A stretch of 64,000 nt of DNA from Chiloscyllium plagiosum (Eukaryota), in the NCBI RefSeq assembly GCF_004010195.1, contig NC_057752.1:1193036-1257035 (forward strand). The letters are read 5' to 3'. How positions within the stretch are numbered: the stretch's first letter is position 1; each line of letters opens with the position of its first letter. Both the position numbers and the translations under genes were made by a program. Shown here in pieces: positions 51,833-64,000 of the stretch. The notes below the pieces were generated by a model. It made no database searches. It was not told the DNA's origin and was given only the letters and a program-made list of their open reading frames with translations.

Positions 51833-52001
51833 AACTGCTTAGATATCTGAATTAGTGAAATAATTGGGACCAATGCCTGCCAATGTCCACCCAATTTCCC
51901 CCCCCCTCAAAATTTGTAACTTCTCTAAAGTTGTGGATCACCATACTTTCTAGTATTTAACTGCTTAGATATCTGAATTAGTGAAATAATTGGGACCAAT
52001 G
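51833..52001. repeat. 43-bp perfect direct repeat flanking an 83-bp copy of 55563-55645
   Basis: 51833-51875 = 51959-52001; 51876-51958 = 55563-55645. Confidence 0.92.
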
Positions 52002-52334
52002 TATTTTTGACTTCAGCTCCACTTTCCTGCCCATGCCTTCCTCCCTCCTGAAACCACTTTCTATCCTGGTCTTGAATGTATTAAATGAGGGGACATCCAT
52101 AAGCATCTGGGAGAGAGAATTCCAAAGATTTGTGACTTTTTTTTTGTGTGAAATAATGATTGCATATCTGGGTCCTCGATGGCTTGCTGCTTATGCTGAG
52201 ATTGTGCTGCCTGTGGAAATGTCTCTCTCACTTGTCTAGCCCTTTTCAGAATTTCAGATTGAACCAAGATCCCTTTTTCACTCTTAACTTGAGTTCCGGT
52301 CCAATTTACTAAATAATTTGGCTGAGAGTAGAGG

Positions 52335-53205
52335 AGACATGGTTAGTAAGTTTGCAGATGACGCCATAATTGGTATAGTGGTCAGTGAAGAAGGTAATCT
52401 AAGATTACAAAGAGATCTTGAACAATTGGGTCAGTGGGCTGGGGAGTGGCAGGTGGAGTTTAATTTGGATAAATATGAAGTGAAACAAACAAGGGCAGGA
52501 CTTGTAGTAGGGCCCTGTAGAACAAAGATTGAGGAGTTTGGGTAGATAATTCTTTGAAAGCTGTGTCACAAGTAAATAGGGTGGTGAACAAAGTGTTTAA
52601 CACTCTCTTGCCTTTATTGCTCAGTCCTTTGAGTATAGGAGTTGGGACGTGTTGTTGAGGTTGTACAGGACATTGGTGAGGCCTCTTCTGGAATACTGTG
52701 TCCAGGTCTAGATGCCCTGCTGTAGGAAGGATATCAAGTTGGGGAGGGTTCAGAAAAGATTTACCAGGATGTTGCTGAAAATGGAAGGTTTGAATTATAA
52801 AAATAGGCTGGGACTTTTCTCACTGGAGCGTAGACGTTGAGGGGTGACTTATTTTTATTTTTGAGCTTTTATAAAATCATGATGGGCATGAATAAGGTGG
52901 ATAGCAAGGGTCTTTTTTTTTTTTGTTCCTCCCTAGGCTGGTGGAGTTCAAAACTAGGACTTTTAAGGTAAGAGAAGGTTTTAAGGACCTAAGGGGTAAC
53001 CTTTTTTCAGTGGTTGGTGTGTGGACTGAACTGCCGGAGGCAGTGGTTGTTGCAGGTACAGTTACAACATTTAAAAGACGTGGGTAAGTACATCAATAGG
53101 AAAGGTTTAGAGGGATATGAGCCAAACACTGGCAGATTGGATTAGTTTAGTTTGGGAACCTGATCAGCATGGACTAGTTGGACCAAAGACCATGCTGTAT
53201 GGCTC
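52335..53205 (+). mobile_element. CR1 LINE, 5'-truncated
   Basis: SKFADD..LQRDLEQLGQWAGEWQVEFN; CR1 tail. Confidence 0.88.
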
Positions 53206-53805
53206 TGAGTACAGGCCCAATCTACTCACTGTCTCCTCATAAGACAGTCCCTCCATACACTGGATCAGCTGAGTGAACCTGTCTGTAATGTCCAGTTGAT
53301 CTTCCTTTTGATAGAACCCAAAGCTCTTAAATTCTATCTTGAGTGAGCAGAATTCTGGCTGCTTTCGTTGGTAATGAAGGGTGAATTGGTGAGATATCTG
53401 GCGTATGGCTTCCTGTTTAAGCAAAGGTGCAAATGCATTGGAAACTGTTATGAGGTTTGCTGACTAGATGAATGCGCAGGTTGCTGTGAGGAAAAGTTGG
53501 ACAGGCTGGGTTTGTAGCTGCTGGGCCTTGATAGGGCAGGATGTGCAGAGGCTGTTTACTCCTTGAGCAATGGTTTTAAACAAGTGACCAATGAAAGTTT
53601 TTCTGGGTCATGAGTCTGTGGAACTCTTGTCCCAGAAGCGTAGCCATTGTTCTAAGTTATAAGTGGCTTGCACCTTGAGCAAAGGGTTGAAAGGCTATTG
53701 AGGATAGGTTTGGAAAGAGTTAATCTGATCAGCCATAATCATGAACGAAAGAGACTTTGCTTGCTCTGTCTCACTCTTGTGGGCAGCTCTGAGATCCAGT
53801 TAATA

Positions 53806-54130
53806 GGACGGCACGGTGGCTCAGTGGTTAGCACTGCTGCCTCAGCACTAGGGACCTTGGTTTGATTATACCCTTGGGCAACTGTCTGTGTGGAGCATGT
53901 TCTCCGTGTCTGCGTGGGTTTCCTCCAGGTGCTCTGGTTTCCTCCCACAATCTAAAGATGTGCAGGTCAGGTGAGTTATCCATACTAAATTGCCTGTAGT
54001 GTTAGGTGTGTTAGTTGGAGGTAAGTATAGGGTGGGTGAAAAGGGTCTGGGTGGGTTACTCTTCAGAGGATTAGTGTGGACTTGTTGGGCTGAGTGGCAT
54101 GTTTCCATACTGTGGGGAATCTAATCTAAT
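53806..54130 (+). mobile_element. HE1-type SINE
   Basis: ggcacggtggctcagtggttagcactgctgcctca head; (AATCT)n tail. Confidence 0.85.
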
Positions 54131-54614
54131 TCCAATTTCCCATCTGTTTGCATGTGGAGGATGCATCGATTTGTGATATGTGGAAGAAAAGAAATCACGG
54201 GGCCACTCTTGAGCAATGGGTTTTTGTTTTTTTTTTTACACACCAAACACTTTTCTCTCCCTCCAGTTGAATTTGGTGGTAACCCACTCGGTGAATTCGG
54301 GGTTTTACAGGATATATATCCACAGCTTTGGCTTCAGCCATTTACTCCTGATCTCGCTGTAACACTGTGGCAGGTGCTGTGTACAGTGTTTTATTTTAAT
54401 AACCCTGGTGCCTTGCTTGCAGACTAGGTGTTCTTCCTTTCACCTATTCACCCACTTTGCCCCAGCAGCATGCCCATCCTTGACCAAAGTGTTGGGGGGA
54501 GGGGGGGGGAAAGCAGTGAAGTGGGGGTGGGCTAGGCAGCAAAGCGGCCTGCTCTGACCACCATTGGGCCAGTGGTTCTTGTGGCTCCACACCTGGCTGT
54601 GTGGAGACTGGGAG

Positions 54615-54770
54615 ACCAGTAAGGACTGCAGATGCTGGAAGTTGTAGTCAATAGCAAGTCAAACAGCCTTCGAGGAGCTGGAAAGTCAACATTTAGGGCC
54701 AAAACCCTTTGTCAGGGCCTGCTTAATGGCTGTCTGACCTGTGCGTTTCCAGCCTCCCATCTATTGACTG
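54615..54770. mobile_element. Inverted Penelope-like end fragments, degenerate
   Basis: aggactgcagatgctgga...agtcaatag and ctattgact. Confidence 0.55.
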
Positions 54771-55679
54771 TGGAGACCGGTTCTGTTGCCAGACTCTTTG
54801 GAGAGTCAAGAAATCTGTTTCAGCCATTATAATGAACCCTCTACCTCTCCTCCTAAAACTAGATATTGAATTGAGCATTTTACCAAAGCTCCCTGTGGTG
54901 TCGATCGGCAATCTCCGCTGAGCAAGTTAATCGTAACTTCTGTGACAATACAATTGCTTTCCCATCCCGTGAGGAAGGGAGGGAATGACCAAGCTGATAA
55001 CTGCTGTTGCTACACTGTTGTGGTTTGTTTGTTTGCCTTTAATTTACAAGCTTTTAAAGCACTACATATCTGTACCAATCCCTCCGAACCTGAACGAGCC
55101 TGCTTTATAGCCTTCCTGACTTCACCACCTCCTTTCTTTTTTGATTAGAAAGTCTAAAATGTGCTCTTTCTCTGTACTGCCACTTGAGAAGATCATGGCT
55201 GACTTGGAATGCGAATCCTAACTCCACATTCTTCCCTGTCTCGCTTTTTAAACCTTGTTGGTCAAAAATCTATACGCCTGTCATGAAAGTACTGAATAAA
55301 ACAGCCTCCATCACATACTCTCTCTGGGAAGTATTTTGAAATACATTGAGAAATAAATTTCTCCTCCTCTTTGTAATAAACTGGGAGACCTCTTGTTTTA
55401 AACTGTCCCCTAGTTCAGCGCTCTCCCTGGAGAAGCAGCTTTTCAGCATTCTCTTTCCCATCTCTTCAGGATCTTTGAGTTTCAGACCACCTCTTATACT
55501 TCACTCCAATGGATACAGCTCACCTTTCCCTCTGATCATAGGCAAGGTTCATTTGACCAATCCCTGCCAATGTCCACCCAATTTCCCCCCCCCTCAAAAT
55601 TTGTAACTTCTCTAAAGTTGTGGATCACCATACTTTCTAGTATTTCTGAACTGCACCCACCCTGTAGAACAACCAGACT

Positions 55680-56495
55680 CTAGTTGTACAGCACAGAAAA
55701 AGACCCTTGGCCCAACTCGTCAATGCTGACCATATATCCTAACCTAATCTTGTCCCATTTGGCCCATATCCCCCCTCAACCCTTCCTATTCATGTACCCA
55801 TCCAGATGTCTTTTAAATGCTGTAATTATACCAGCCTTCTCCACTTCCCCTGGTAACTCATTCCATACACCTAATGCCCTCTGTTTGAAAAAGTTGTCCC
55901 TTTGGTCCCTTTTTAAATATAATCTCCTCACCTTGTAAACAAATGCCCCTCTAGTTCTGGACTCCCCTACCTCTGAGAAAAGACTTTGTCTAGTCACCCC
56001 ATCTATGACCCTCAATTTTGTGACCCTCATAATTTTGTAATCCTCTATAAGGTCACCCCTCAGCCTCCGACGCTCCAGGGAAAACAGCCCCAGCCTGTTC
56101 AGCCTCTCCCTGTAGCTCAGATCCTCCAACCCTGGCAACATCCTTGTAAGTCTTTTCTGAACCCTTTCAAGTTTCATAATGTCTTTCCTATAGCAGCGAG
56201 ACCAGAAATGAATGCAGCATTTCAAAAGCAGCCTAACCAATGTCCTGTACAGCCACAACATGACCTACTGATTTGCTATACTTGTGGACTGAACAATAAA
56301 GGCCAGTGTGCTTTCTTCACGATCCTATCTACCTGCAGCTCTACTTTCAAGGAACTATGAACCTGCACTCAGGTCTCTGTTCAGCAGCACCTCCCAGGAC
56401 CTTAACACCAATCGTGGAAGTCCTGCTCTGATTTGCCTTTCCAAAATGCAGCACCTCACATTGATCTAAATTAAATTCCATCTGCCACTCCTTGA
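55680..56495 (-). mobile_element. CR1 LINE 3' part
   Basis: LYRTLVR..LERVQKRLTRMLPGLEDLSYRERLNRLGLFSLERRRLRGDLIE. Confidence 0.92.
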
Positions 56496-57295
56496 TCCAT
56501 GTGGAAACTGGGCATTGTCCAGGTAATGGGGAGAGTACCCATGGAAATTCATTGCAGTGCATTCCTCACTCAGACCAATGGATGTCCCTTTTCACTGGAT
56601 TTGCAACTGCTGGTTTGTATCAGTCTACTCTTTACAGGCCTATTTGTTTTAATTCTGTCCCATTTGAAAGAAAACTACACTAGAGGCAGTTAATCCCTCC
56701 CCACTAGTTTACCTGAGCACCCATACTGTCACATTTTCTTTTACATTGGAAGCTGCCTTCCTTTTTATGGTAAAGCTGTCACCCAAACAAGGTGAGAGTT
56801 CACAGATTGAAGGGAGTTAGTAACCCAGTGAGAGGCAAGATGAGGGTGTCAGTGAGTCAAGGCCTGGAATCTGCTACCCGAACAGACGATGGAATTCAAA
56901 TCTCTCCCTGCAATCAATAGAGTTTGGGGGAAATGGGACAGACTGGGCAGGCGGGGGCTGAATGGCTTCTTAGCATATCACTGAATCCTGAGGGCAGCAT
57001 TGGTCTTCCCAATCCAAAAATGTGGGTCAGAAACCAATCCTATCACCATCTTAGTCTGCCCTGCAAGCCATGAAATGGGGGTACGGTGATTAATTTCAAT
57101 CCTGCATGCTGCTGTTGATTACCAGTTTAAAAGCTGTGTGCCTATTACCAGCCGTATGTCTTGTCAAGGTTAGAATTACTTTTTGTAAACAGCATGTGCT
57201 TTTTCCATTGTTGCTGCCTCCAGCCTGAGTTTTAACAGACATTCAAAACCAGACCAACCCCAAGTATCGTTTGGGGCTGGGGTGGTGAAGGAATT

Positions 57296-57530
57296 AATGA
57301 GACTTGATGTGCTTTTTGCTTTCTTGTAATGAATTATTTAATCTGTCAGATAAGTACGCTCTCTCATTTCCACTTGTAGCTGCCCATTCAGTGGCGTTTC
57401 CACTTTGTGGGATACTGTAGGATGTTAGGAGACCAATGGAAGATAGACATAACAAGGACCTGGGGGAAGGGCACCAATTTAGGAGAGTCATTAAACTGTT
57501 AACATAAATCTTCATCAGAATATAATTTCT
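57296..57530. repeat. Unclassified ~240-bp repeat, copy 1
   Basis: Colinear with 60364-60625. Confidence 0.8.
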
Positions 57531-57597
57531 ATGTTGGTCTGGTCTATTTTTTTTGCTATTATTAAATCTGGAACTCCGTCCCTACCCCCAAACCATT

Positions 57598-57905
57598 CTT
57601 CATAGAGTCCCTACAGTATGGAAGCAGGCCATTTGACCCACTGACCCTCTGAAGAGCATCCCACCCTGACGCAACCCCTACCCTATTCCTAGAACCCTGC
57701 ATTTACCATGGCTAACACACTATGGGCAATTGAGCACGGCCAATCCACCCTAACATGCATGTCTTTTGGACTGTGGGAGGAAACCAGAGTATCTGGAGGA
57801 AACCTGTGCAGACACAGGTAGTATGTGCAAACTCCACATGGTTAGTCAAGGATGGAATCCAACCCAGGTCCCTACTGCTGGGAGGCAGCAGTGCTAGCCA
57901 CCATG
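57598..57905 (-). mobile_element. HE1-type SINE
   Basis: tttggactgtgggaggaaacc core; aggcagcagtgctagccac head. Confidence 0.8.
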
Positions 57906-57999
57906 CTACTTCATTGGGACTTTTTAGCAGGCAGACTAACGTTTTCTCCCACCGTATTAAGGGAGCTCAAATTTGTTCCCATTAAGGCAGGGGGGGCTG

Positions 58000-58850
58000 A
58001 TAGAATCATAGAGATGTACAGCACAGAAACAGACCCTTTGGTCCAACTCGTCCATGCCAACCAGATATCTCAGCCCAATCTCACCCCATTTGTCAGCACC
58101 TAGCCCATATCCCTCCAAACCATATACCCATCCAGATGCCTCTTAAATGTTATAATTGTACCAGCCTCCACCATATCCTCTGGCAGCTCATTCCATACAC
58201 GCACCACCCTCTGTATGAAGAAGTTGCCCCTTAAGTCTCTTTTATATTTTCCCCTCTCACCCTAAACCTATACCTTCTAGTTCTGAACTCGCCCACCCCA
58301 GGGAAAAGTCTATTTATCCTATCCATGCCCCTCATGATTTTGTAAACCTCTATAAGGTCACCCCCTCAGCCTCTGATGCTCCAGGGAAAACAGCCCCAGC
58401 CTATTCAACCTCTCCCTATAGCTCATCCTCCAACCCTGGCCAACATCCTTGTAGATCTTTTCTGAACCCTTTCAAGTTTCGCAACATCTTTCTGATTAAG
58501 GTGTGTAAGTCCTGCCAAGATTTGCTTTCCCAAAATGCAGCCCCTCGCACTTATCTAAATTAAACTCCATCTGCCACTCCTCAGCCCATTGGCCCATCTG
58601 GTCAAGATCCCGTTGTAATCTGAGGTAACCTTCTTCACTGTCCACTACACCTCCAATTTTGGTGTCATCTGCAAACTTACTAACTGTACCTCTTATGCTC
58701 ACATCTAAATCATTTATATAAATGATGGAGTAGTGGACCCAGCACTGATCCTTGTGGCACACCACTGGTCACAGGCCTCCAGTCTGAAAAACAACCCTCC
58801 ACCACCACCCTCTGTCTACTACCTTTGAGCCAGTTCTGTATCCAAATGGA
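58000..58850 (-). mobile_element. CR1 LINE 3' part with an internal deletion near 58496
   Basis: IYINDLD..SKFADDTKIGG..LQRDLDQMGQWAEEWQMEFN. Confidence 0.92.
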
Positions 58851-59720
58851 TACCAATATACAAATGATGTTTGCCCGTTTGGTTTGTTGGGGGGGGGAGA
58901 GAAGAGGGGTGGTTGGTTAAAGTCTACGGAAGCAAGGCAGATGAATACTGAGATGAGACCTGTTGACTGTACTCCTTAAGAGTTTTTCTCCAATCTCCAT
59001 CAGTCGATTACCTATTGATTCTTGCATTGCTGAAGTGCACAAGTATGGATTGGCATTACACTGTCTGTACTGTGCATTTTTTGTTTGAGAGTAGGAATGA
59101 GTGCTCTTCTCAGGCCCCCGTGCTCAACAAATCTTTCCCTTGCTAGAGAATTTATTTTGTCTCTCTCTGTAATCATATGACACTGAGCTCATCCATCATT
59201 CTGCTGATGGCTCATTATTTTACATCTCTTCAAATGTTGTCATTGACCTTACTTCAATAGTGACTTGTAATGCATGACCTTTCTTGTACACTCCCTAGAA
59301 ACAACTGAAATTCTTCTGTCTGTTCCTTTTTCCTGAGGGTTAATTTGGTTAAACCCTCCCAATCTATTTTGAATAAAAGCCTCTTCCCATGAATCCATTC
59401 AAAAACATTGTACTCCAAGCCTGTTTGTTGGAACTGCCAGGTACTGCCATGTGGTGTTGAATCATTGAACTGGGATGAGTGTGGGCTTTGTTCTGGTCAT
59501 CAGAAACCCAAGTAACTGTTGGGACTTGTGTGTTAGTAATGCCTTCAGATTGTCTGATTCAGAAGATTTTTACTGATTCTTTTTAAGATTAAATTAACCA
59601 TGCAATGTTGCCTATTTTAAGACCAGGGTTAAGCGCCACTAATCTGGTCAATGGGTGGGGAAATTTGGGAGAATTAGCTTTGACTTGAAGGGGACAGACA
59701 AGTCATGCCTCGTAGACTTG

Positions 59721-59947
59721 GATTAGATTAGATTACTTACAGTGTGGAAACAGGCCCTTCGGCCCAACAAGTCCACACCGCCCCGCCGAAGCGCAACCCA
59801 CCCATACCCCTACATTTACCCCTTGCCTAACACTACGGACAATTTAGCATGGCCAATTCACCTGACCTGCACATCTTTGGACTGTGGGAGGAAACCGGAG
59901 CTGTGAGGCAGCAGTGCTAACCACTGTGCCACCGTGCCGCCCACTTA
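59721..59947 (-). mobile_element. HE1-type SINE, young, internally deleted
   Basis: Near-identical to 7782-8005; (GATTA)n tail. Confidence 0.88.
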
Positions 59948-60363
59948 ATTGCTAAGTCACATTAGATATTGCTACTAAGTCGACCATGCAATCAACCATA
60001 TCATAAGCCATTTTTGAGATTCATCAGTTGTTCTGTGTCAGCCAAATTGTCCTTTGCTTCCACATAAGAACAGGATTGTTGAAAGCATCCTTCTCGCAAA
60101 TATCACAGTAGAAACTTTCTCAACAGAATGTAAACATTCCAGCAATTCATGTGGCTGTGTTCGGACAGGAGGGGAGCAGCTGACTTTCAGGCTCTATTAA
60201 AATTCCGACTTTGCTATTTAACCTCTCTCGAACCTCCTTTCACTCTGCCCATGAGGATTTAGTAAGCTGCCAGCAGGATTGCCTCATACCCACCATTTCG
60301 GTTTTGCCTTCATTTGATTTTGATCCTTCCCCTCCTGCAAGTGTCATGTGGTGGGAGGAATGA

Positions 60364-60625
60364 CTGAGACTTGTTGCTTTTTTTTTTGCTTTCTTGTAAT
60401 GAATTATTTACTATCCACCAGATAAGTATGCTCTCCCTCTTCCACCTGTAACACTGTGTGGTTGCCCATTCACTGGCACTTCCACACTCTCTGGAATACT
60501 GCAAGATGTTAGGAGACCAATGGGAGCTAGACATACATAAGGACCTGGGGGAAGGGCACTGATATAGGAGAGCCATTAAACTGTTAATACTCAATAGATC
60601 TTTACCAGAACATAATTTCAATGTT
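60364..60625. repeat. Unclassified ~240-bp repeat, copy 2
   Basis: Colinear with 57296-57530. Confidence 0.8.
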
Positions 60626-60707
60626 GATCTTCATTGGCTCACGTTTTGCAGGAAGAATAATATTTTGCCCCATAGTATTGAGAGAACTCTTAATTGCCTA
60701 TTAGTCA

Positions 60708-61003
60708 GTTGTACAGCATAGAAACAGACCCTTTAGCCCAACTTGTCCATGTCAACCAGATATCCTAACCCAATCTAGTCACACCTGCCAGCACTGGGCC
60801 CATATCCCTCTAAACCCTTCCTATTCACATACCTATCCAGATGCCTTTTAAATGCTGTAATTGTACCAGCCTCCACCACTTCCTCTGGCAGCTCATTCCA
60901 CACACGTACCACCCTCTGTGTGAAAAGATTGCCCCTTTGGACCTTGTTTTTTTAAATCTTTCCCCTCTCACATAAAACCTATGTCCTCTAGTTCTGGACA
61001 CCA
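60708..61003 (-). mobile_element. CR1 LINE 3' end
   Basis: Matches 58010-58290. Confidence 0.85.
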
Positions 61004-61459
61004 CCAACCCCCACTCTTTCCCCCCCCCCCCCAGTGGGGGACAGTTTTCACACTGGTCTATTGGGATCTACATGTCCCTGCCCTAAAAGGGCCATGTAGG
61101 AAGGAACCCTTTAAGATGCACACTCCAAATATCAAAGTCTGAGTTAAGTGACTAGACTGGGGGGTGACTTGTCACCTGGTATGGGCCCAATGGGCTGAAC
61201 AGCCTCCTCTGCTGCGACATTCTTAAGTCTTTCTCTCAGGTGAGAGCTCTACTGCACTCTGGGGAAAACTCTCATCCCCCAGTGTGGCGGTCTGAAAAGG
61301 AATACAGTGATTTTTTTTTTCCCTTTTTAAGAAAACTGCCTTCCTGTCCCTGTTTTTAAATGAAGTCACCTCCTGTCTTTGCATCTTTAGTTCTGTTCAC
61401 AGCATTGACACGCTTCCATTGTGCTTAGGACTGTTGTTGAAACTTCCCTTGTCAGGTGA

Positions 61460-61582
61460 AGCTGATGAAGGAGCAGCACTCCAAAAGCTTGCGATTTCAA
61501 ATAAACCTGTTGGACTAATAACTTGTTGTCGTGTGACTTCTGATTTTTGTCCACTTCAGTCCAACACCAGCGCCTGCACATT
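61460..61582 (+). mobile_element. Penelope-like terminal fragment (second family) with a degenerate hammerhead
   Basis: ctgatga-a-ggag-cagca-ctcc-aaaa-gctt; reverse complement of 28653-28768. Confidence 0.6.
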
Positions 61583-62211
61583 AAAGAATTTTGGACATGG
61601 CTTTCTGTGTGCACGTGCGCTCTGATCTGAAGCGTTGTGCATTTTAATCCTTTTTCTCCTGACCCTGTTAATGTGGTTTGCTAACAAAATGCTTCTTCAG
61701 TCTGTGCAGAGGTATGGTACATGGATCTGGGACTCCTGGCACAGAGTCGTTGATACTACCACTGTGCTGCAAAGTGTGGTGTCTCAACCATTTTTCGTTC
61801 TGCTGTGCATGAGTAGCAATGTTTATTGAGTCAGTTTCTTTCAGATGTAGTGCCTCCCTGCTGAATGAATGAATGCACACGTCACGGTTAAGTATCCTAA
61901 ACTGTCAAAAGGCTGCCCTGTCACTAGCCAAGTGGCTGTCTCCTGTGCTGACAGGGACATGTTCTTTCTATCAGATGCCAGAGATGAGATGCTGTGTTCC
62001 CCCTGGATCCCAAGCACAGCTGTTAGATGCTGCAGAATGTTTTCTCTTTCCCCCTGCCTTTTGTAACTGTCCTAATGTGGTCTGCAAATACAGAAACTGG
62101 ATCCAAGGCCTCTGCAGTAAACTAGGTAGAAGGAAGTTTCTTCAATTCTCCTTTTCTCATTTCTTCCACCCACCCACCCAAACCCAGCGATTGTGGGGGG
62201 TCAAATGAAGA

Positions 62212-62560
62212 GAGATTGAACAGTTTAGGCCTATACTCTCTGGAATTTAAAAGAATGAGGGGAGATCAAATGGAGGGATTCAAGCTGATTATGGATAAAA
62301 TGGATGTGCAGTAGATGCTTCCTCTTGTGGGGCGTTCTAGGATGAGAGGTTATTAGTCTTAGGATAAGGAATAGTAAATTTAAGACAGTTGAGGAGAAAC
62401 TACTACTCGCAAGGGGTTGTGAATCTGTGGAATTCGCTACCCCAAAGTGTGGTGGATGCTGGGACAGTGAGTAAATTTTGAGGAATTAAACAGATGTTTA
62501 ATTGGTAATGGGTTAAAGGGATGTGGAGAGAAGGTAGGAAAATGGGGATGAAGGGCATAC
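62212..62560 (+). mobile_element. CR1 LINE 3' fragment
   Basis: ttaggcctatactctctggaattt..aagaatgaggggagatc; gtgaatctgtggaattc. Confidence 0.75.
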
Positions 62561-62672
62561 CAGCCAAGATTGCGTCTGCTCTAATTTCAGTGGTGGGGCG
62601 GGGCGGTGGGGAGGGGAGAAGGGTGGGTGGTAATGAAGTAAGGGTGATATGAGAAGAGCTTTTTTTTTTGCT

Positions 62673-62953
62673 CATAGTGTGGAAGCAGCCCATTTGGCCC
62701 ATCAGGTCCACACTGTGACCCTCTGAAGAGCATCCCACCCAGACCCATTCCCTTACCTTATCCCTGTTACGCTGCATTTCCCACAGTCAATCCACTTAAC
62801 CTGCACATCTTTGGACTCTAGGAGGAAACTGGGGCACCCAGAGGAAACCCACTCTGAGAATGTGCAAACTACACACAGACAGTTGCCAGAGAGCAAAATC
62901 GACCCCAGGTCCCTGGCGCTATGCGGCAGCAGTGCTAACTACTGAGCCACCCA
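62673..62953 (-). mobile_element. HE1-type SINE
   Basis: cctgcacatctttggact core; ggcagcagtgctaactactgagccacc head. Confidence 0.82.
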
Positions 62954-63639
62954 TTGGTGTTTTTATGTGCAGAACATCAAGTAGTTCAGGTCTAGAATGC
63001 ATTGCACTGTCTGGAAATGGGATGGAGGCATTCAAGAGGAGCTTTGAATGGTGAATTGGATTGTAATTGAGTGCAGGGATATGGGGGAAAAGGCAGGAGG
63101 TTAGCACTAGGTGACTGCATGATGGGCTGAGTGGCGTCATTCTGCCCTGTAACAACTCTGAGGAGTTGAATCCACTATGATACCTCTGATCGGTTTACAT
63201 TGAAAGCCAGTGGCATATTCTGCTCCCTGCCCAAGTTGCTTTTTACCTCTTCCAATTTTAAAGAAATTCTGTTAGCATGTGTTATCATTTGGACTGAGTT
63301 GTACTGAAACTGCTGAGCAGTTGTACCTCCCCCATGAACTATCAGCAGTAAGGGCCACATTGAGCAAAAGAGAGTCTCCAATCAGTCAGTGTGTTGTTAG
63401 CAGCTCTCTGGTTGCTTTGCCTGTTGTTGGCCAATTCAAACCAGAGCAGTAGTTGGACTTGTAGATTTTTGAGGTTGGGAGGTGGGGAGAGCAGCAACAC
63501 ATAATGCCTGATCTCCCATCACCTAGTAATGCCTGCCTGTATATGCAGGCATGAGGAGCTGATGGAGTTAGACCTGGTTCGGTTGCTATCCTTTCTCCTC
63601 TTCTTTGTAAAACAACTAAAGAATCAAGAGATATGTTTA

Positions 63640-64000
63640 GAACGTAGGAGTAGGCCTTTCAGCCCTTTTAAGTTGCTTCACCATTCAATTTGATCATGGC
63701 TGATCATCCAATTCAGTCCCCTGTTCCTGCTTTGTCCCCAGACCCTTGGATCGAACCCTTGATAAGATTTTTAACCCAGGACTCGGTCTGATTTAAGCTT
63801 TCACTGCACTCTCTCCATATCCAGAATAACACCTTCCCAGGAAAGGAGACCAAAAATGCTCAATACTCCAGGTGGAGTCTGACCAAGACCCTGTATAATT
63901 CCACAAGACGTCCCTGCTCCTGTTCATGAATCCTCCCACTATGAAGGCCAACACCATTTACCTTCACTGCCTGCTGTATCTGAATGCTTACTTTCAGAGA
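63640..64000 (-). mobile_element. CR1 LINE 3' fragment(s)
   Basis: ggagtaggcc..caccattcaat..gatcatggctgatcatcc tail; ggagaccaaaa..aatactccaggtgg. Confidence 0.75.

Overview
Vertebrate genomic DNA, very likely from a shark or other cartilaginous fish, inferred from HE1-type SINEs and the abundance of CR1 and Penelope-like elements. It has three N-gaps (15154-15543, 16850-17195, 23078-23159). The window is mostly retroelement debris: many CR1 LINE fragments, Penelope-like (GIY-YIG) elements carrying minimal hammerhead-ribozyme motifs, several tRNA-derived SINE families, and a cluster of Tx1-clade LINE copies nested in Gypsy-type LTR sequence. One host gene is recognisable: the first coding exon of a CD63-like tetraspanin at 30474-30539 (+). 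It has a candidate CRE/GC-box promoter and non-coding exon upstream, and no further exon was found in the remaining 33 kb. The most notable observations are: (i) repeated same-orientation Tx1 insertions at an 11-bp motif, TAA(C/T)AGGGGAT, inside LTR sequence; (ii) a twin-priming-type 5' inversion and a probable 3' transduction in that Tx1 family; (iii) intact-looking minimal hammerhead motifs and fold-back Penelope insertions, one sharing a 15-mer with its target; (iv) local templated insertions. Repeat-family names come from motif recognition, not database searches, and most repeat boundaries are approximate.
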